The notes under the pieces were generated by a model, which did no database searches, had not been told where the DNA came from, and was given only the letters and a program-made list of their open reading frames with translations. This document shows positions 59,001 through 64,000 of a stretch of 64,000 bases of DNA, piece by piece (the stretch's first letter is position 1; every line of letters starts with the position of its first letter). Made by a program: the position numbers and the translations under genes. The DNA is taken from the NCBI GenBank assembly GCA_004431415.1, contig QPMI01000100.1, forward strand, positions 290,908 through 354,907. The letters run 5' to 3'. This DNA is from Cyanophora paradoxa CCMP329 (taxonomy: Eukaryota; Plantae; Glaucophyta).

Positions 59001-62000
59001 GGCGGGAGGAAAGGGGTAGGGGGTACGTGTACCTCGAAGTAGGAGCGGGCGGCCTCGTGGGCAGTGGAGGTGAAGGCCTTTGCGCCGGCCTGCAGGTTGA
59101 GCTCCGCGAGGCAGCATCGCTCCTCGGAATCGTCGATGAGCGCAGCGCCCCGGTTGTAGTGCGCCACCACCTGGCGGGCACGGTACAGTGGGTGGGCGGG
59201 CGCGCCTCAGCGGCGCCGGCGCGGCACGCGCGCGCGCGCGCGCCTCGAAGATGTTGTCCTCTTCGTTGTCTCCGCGGGCTTCCCGCATTTTGGAGGGGGC
59301 CTCTTCGACGAGCGAGCGCGCCGCCAGGAGCCGCCGCCCGATGCGGAGGTGCAGAGCCGGCAGCTCCTCTGGCGCCACCAGAACTGGAAGGACGAAGCAG
59401 GTTCCATTCGGGAAAAGAAAGGAGAGGAAACTTCTTATCAGGGCGCACGGGCGGCGGCCTGCTGCACGCGGTCGTGCACGAAGCGGTACGTCTCCGCGCC
59501 CACGGAGACGATCAGGCGCTTGTGGATCGCCTCCGAGACCGCCGACTGCGCCGCCCCGGCCCGCGGGTGAGGGGCTAAGTAGAGGCGGAGAGGGAAGAAG
59601 AAGAGGAAGAAACACGGGAAACCGGCGAAAATTCGAAAACCGATTTTAAAAAAAATCATCCGGCGAAAGCCATAGCCGCCGATAGCAAGAGAATTCTTCT
59701 TTCGCGTTATCTATGTCTCCTTTGATTCCCATGGCTTATCTAGATCTTAAAAAGCGTCCTTCTCTCCATGCAGCTCGTGTTTCTTTGGGCCGCGCCCCTT
59801 CTCGCTGTCCCCGACCGCACCATGATGGCCTCTTGGGGCCGGGCGGCCGTGACGGCGAGCAGGGGGACCTCGAAGGCGTTGCCGAACATCGAGGCGAGCT
59901 TGAGTATCTCCTGCGCCGCCGGCGAGAGCTGCGAGATGTACGAGACGAGCATGTCCACGACGTTGTCCGTGTAGCTGCGCCCCGCGCCCAGCGCCGGAGC
60001 GCGTCAGTACAGGAAAGAAAGGAACGGCCCGCCGGGGGCGCCTCGGCTCACTTCATTTGCTCGATGTCGGAGACGTTCCAGTGCCAAGCCCCGGTCTGGT
60101 AGTCGATCTTGATCTTCTCTTGGCTGTAGAGCGTGTCCAGGAAGCTGCGGATAAAGACTGGGCAGGGCAGTGTGCGCGTGAGATGGATGCGACGGCGTGG
60201 GGGTGGGCGGGGGCCGGGGCGGCGCACAGGGGTTGCCGTCGGTCTTGGAGTGGATGAGGCGGGCGAGCTGGTCCGAGGCGGCGGCCTCGCAGCGCAGCGT
60301 CGCCGCCAGGAAGCCGTTCACGTCCTCCACGCTCAGTGGGCCCACGTCGATGTCCTGCCCCCGCCCCGCCCAGTCAGCGCTGGAAATCCCACGAGACGTG
60401 CGAGCGAGATTCGGAGGTCTAGGCCGAACAGGCCAGGGGCCCGTTCAGCTCTAGATCTCCGATCTCCGATCCATTCTCCCATCTCGCGGAGCGGAGGCGG
60501 AGGAGAAGACAGGGCGCACGTAGATGGGTACGCCGCTGGAGCGGATCTCGTCGATGGCGAGGGCCATCGGGTGCGACGGCCGCACCTCGTTGCTCCGGCT
60601 GCATGACCAGGCTAGGCCCACGGCAGCGGGCGCCGCTAGACAAGGACGGGCGCACCAGGCGCAGATGAGGAGACATTCCATGGAGGGCCAGGTGGCGAGG
60701 CGGCGGATCTGGGCGCCGCGCGGCTCGGCGCGGCGCGGCGCGGCTCGGGCGGGGGCGGGGCGGGGCGGGAGGGAGGAAAGGGCGGCGGAGGCGGCGCACG
60801 AGCTTGAGGGAGGCGGTATCGGCCCACTGCATGTCGCTGCGGGTGGTCCGGATCCCTCAAGAGACGTCGAGGGCGAGAAGCTTAAGGGTGGAATGGGGCG
60901 CACTCGAGGAAGACGACGAGGGGGTACAGGGACTCGAGGAGCTGGCAGACGGTGGTGGTGAGGCGCAAGGCGGTCTCGGCCGGCGGGAGCGGCGGGACGG
61001 GCGCGAGCTCGACGCCCGCGGCCGCCGTGCCCAGCAGGTGCCTGGCCTCCGGGACGAGGTCGACGAGGACCGAGGCGTTCTCGCCGAGCGCCGTGACGAT
61101 GCGCGGCTGGACGGCGAGCAGCCGCTCGTTGTCCGCGAGCAGCTGCTCGGGGGGTGAGAGGGGTGGGGGGGGAAGGGAGGGGGGGTAGGACCTGCTGGAC
61201 GAGGCCGACGATGGCGGCGATGATGGCGCTGTAGGGGCGCGACGCGCACGTGTTGTGGTCATACTTGCCCCGCAGGAAGACCACAGGCAGCTCCGTCGCA
61301 ACGTCCTGCGCGCGAGCGCGGCCCCCGCTTGGCGCCCGCCCCTCCCGTCGTCGGCGTCCCGGCCCTCCCCGCCCACCTGGACGAAACGGAGAACGAGGCC
61401 GGTCTTGCCGATGCCGGAGACGCCGCGGATGACGAGCACGCCGCGGCGCGCCGGCTGCGATGTCGCCAGCGCGCCGGCGCGGCGGAGGAGCACCGAGGTC
61501 TCCCGCGCCGGGCTCCCCTCCTGCGAGGCGGCCGACGACGCCGAGTCCTGCGCCCCTTCCGGCGAGGGGCCGCTGTGGCGGCGGCCCGCGGCCGAGTGGC
61601 GGCGGGAGGAGCCGCCGATCGCCGGGGCGCTGCAGCTGCGCCGCTCGATCTTGCGGTTGATCTCGTCGAGGGACCCGAAGACGGCGACCAAGGCGGCGGC
61701 GAGCTGGCCGACGAGGCGCTCGCGCCCGTACAGCCGCGTCGAGAGCTGCAGCGTGCAGGGAAAGTCCCGCGACGCCAGCTGCCCCGAGAGTGAGCGAGCG
61801 CGAGCATCCCGTCGCGATCGCGGGACGAGAGGGCGTGCCTTGAAGGTGCTGATGATGCCGGGCCCCGAGCGGAGCTGCGCGTAGCAGTTCGAGAGGTCCT
61901 CTCGGACGCCGTACGCCGACTGGTATCGGTCGTCCGGCGACTTCTCCATCAGCTGCGCGCCCGTCGACGTCAGCCCCGCGCAGCGCTCCCCCTTGCCTTT

Positions 62001-63616
62001 CTCAACTACGCTCGCCTTCTCCACGATGGCGCTGATGACTTCCGGGATCTCGGGCCTGCGCGGGGTCGCGTCGGCCCAGGGCGGCCCCGGCCCGGCCCGG
62101 CCGCGACGCCCCGGCCTGCGCACCGGATCACGCAGACGGGGGTCGCCTTGCGGGCCAGGTGCCCGTGTATGATCGACAGGGAGTCTCCGCTGCCGGCACG
62201 TCCCGTTGGCGCGGGCGGCGCACATGAACAGAAGGGGAAAGGCGTAGGAGGGGTTGGGGGTGGGGGGTGAGGGGGGGGGGGGTGGATAAAAAAAGGAGGG
62301 GGAGGGGGGGGGGGCGTGGTGCACGTGAATGGGAGGTGCCCCACCATGCACTGGTAGAAAGTGACTGCGGGGAGGGAGGGGGCATGAGGGGCGCGCGCGC
62401 AGGCTGCGCTGCGATCTGCAGGGGGCCGGGAGCACCGCCCAGGCTGTAGAGGTCGGAGCGCTGGTTCACGATGCCGTGGATGCGCTTCGTCTGCTCGGGC
62501 GCCATGTACGCCAGGCTGGGGAGGGCGTCGGCGTCGGCGGAGGCGCCGGGCGGGGCGGAGCGGGGCGGGGCGGGGCGGTAGGGACGGTAGGGGCCGGGGG
62601 ACGCGCCTTCCCTCCATGTCGCTCTGGATGTACGAGTCCTGGATGTAGCCGGCAAGGCCGAAGTCGGCCAGCCGCACGCGGCTCTCCTCCGGGCCGTCCA
62701 GGTTCACGATCACGTTCCCCGCCTTCACTGCGCAGCGCGCCCCGTGCGTGCGCGCTCAGCTGGCGCGGGGCAGGGCGGCGGAGGCGGAGCCTCGGGGGCG
62801 GGCGGGCCCGGACCGTCCCTGTGAATGACGTTGGCGCCGTGGACGACGCCGAGCGCCGTCGTAAGCTGTATGGCGATGGGCAGGAAAACACCCAGCGACA
62901 TCGGCTTCCCGTTCACGAGCCCGTCCAGCGAGCGGCCCCCGATGTCCTGCTCCCCCGCCGCCCCCGGCCCGCTCGGCCCCCGCGCAACGCGCGCAGGCGG
63001 GCGGGGGGTCGGGGCGCGAGCCTCCATGACAATCGCTGCGGTGCTGGAGGATACCGCCAGCTCATAGGCCTTCATGACGTACGGCCCCGCCACGACAGTC
63101 TGCGCAGGCGCCGCCCCCGTGAGCCGCGCATGGCGGCGCCTCCCCTCGAGCGAACCATAATGCTGAACTCGCGCTTGAGTTTCTGCGACGGGCTTGACAG
63201 TCAGAAACGCGGGGCTAGAGCTGGCGGCGGCGGCGGGCGCCTGTAGGTTCGGGTAATCGCTGCGGAAGACGTCAGGGGCAGAAAGCGAGGATTTGACACG
63301 GAATCACGCACTAGAAATCTTCATTGAGCTTTTTGAGGACAACAGCCATGCCTGTGCCGCGGTGTCGGCCAACGCCGCGGCGGTTGCGTCGCGGACGAAC
63401 CATCCGACGCGCGAACGGCCCGGATCAGCATTCTGTTGCGGCGCTCGCAGACCACCTGGAAACGCGCAAGCGTCAGGAGGCTCGCGCGCGGGGTTGCGAA
63501 GCCTGCAGAGGGCTCGCCTCCGTCGTTACGTAGCCTGCGCATGCGGCAACGAGCGTCACGCACGGGAAGGCGCACTGAAACAAGGAGACACATGATGGAC
63601 CTGGGAAGGAATCCAT
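52362..63616 (-). CDS. Hybrid multi-kinase, copy 2 (inverted paralog of 34580-45549)
   Basis: Same domains and intron positions (IHRDVKAGN, GVSGIGKT, NTSHELRTP, VEDNPVNQ, YLSKPVKKEDLL); several single-base indels in G/C runs. Confidence 0.9.
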
Positions 63617-64000
63617 TATCACGACGTTTTCTTGTGGAAATGCGCAGGCGTTCGAAGCTGCGCGAGGCGCTCAAGTTCAGCCGCCCTCGCGGCTCGCCTC
63701 GTTCGCCACCTTCGCTGTAAGCTGTCCGTTCGCCACCTTCGCTGTAAGTCGACGTCGGTGGGACGGCAGCGATCAAGTTAGGCAGCTGCAGGCTGCGAGC
63801 CCCTAGGCGGCTGGGCCTGGATATGCATGGAACGACATTCGGCCTTTCAAGCTGATTTTGACCAATCCGCGAGCTTTTGACTTGGGGGGTGACTTAAGCT
63901 TAGGGTAGAACGCAAATTCTGACTCTTTGTGGGTACGGCGAGCCTGAACGAAGCGCACCGTACCCGAGGCGCCGGCGCCGCGACGTTCGGATCCGAGCCA

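Larger units (their letters stand above)
34472..63747. repeat. Large inverted duplication: arms ~34472-45648 and ~52255-63747, spacer ~6.6 kb
   Basis: Homology covers the 5' flank (CTTACAGCGAAGGTGGCGAACG), introns and 3' flank (CTTTTTTCTACAAACTACTCTATGAATA vs CTTTTTCTAGAAACTACACTATGAATA). Confidence 0.9.

Noticed and set aside
1-64000. Many long Arg/Pro/Ala/Gly-rich ORFs in the six-frame track
   Set aside because: Shadow ORFs caused by extreme GC content; the real genes are spliced and recognisable by motifs

Overview
Very GC-rich eukaryotic genomic DNA with dense short spliceosomal introns (mostly ~45-110 nt). Rotatin-like, Sfi1-like and KIF28-like genes suggest a flagellated protist or alga; the taxon cannot be fixed from sequence alone. 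Hand splicing gives, left to right: a chimeric rotatin-5'/Pol-eta-3' duplicate fragment, a 5'-truncated rotatin-like probable pseudogene, a small heptad-repeat gene, DNA polymerase eta, a GT34 glycosyltransferase, a DUF2064/TIGR04282-like transferase, a kinesin-3 (KIF28-like), an MFS transporter, an EF-hand protein, an LRR/Sfi1-like protein and a repeat/foldback region. The right half holds two ~11-kb convergent inverted copies of a Ser/Thr kinase-AAA-GAF-His kinase-REC hybrid gene around a ~6.6-kb spacer that is partly CpG-poor. The most striking signal is a candidate [D1,2] spliceosomal twin intron (stwintron) in Pol eta. Two-step nested splicing there restores the catalytic DAFYAQVE motif using only canonical sites. 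Roughly one intron in five also uses a GC donor. All exon boundaries are manual inferences.
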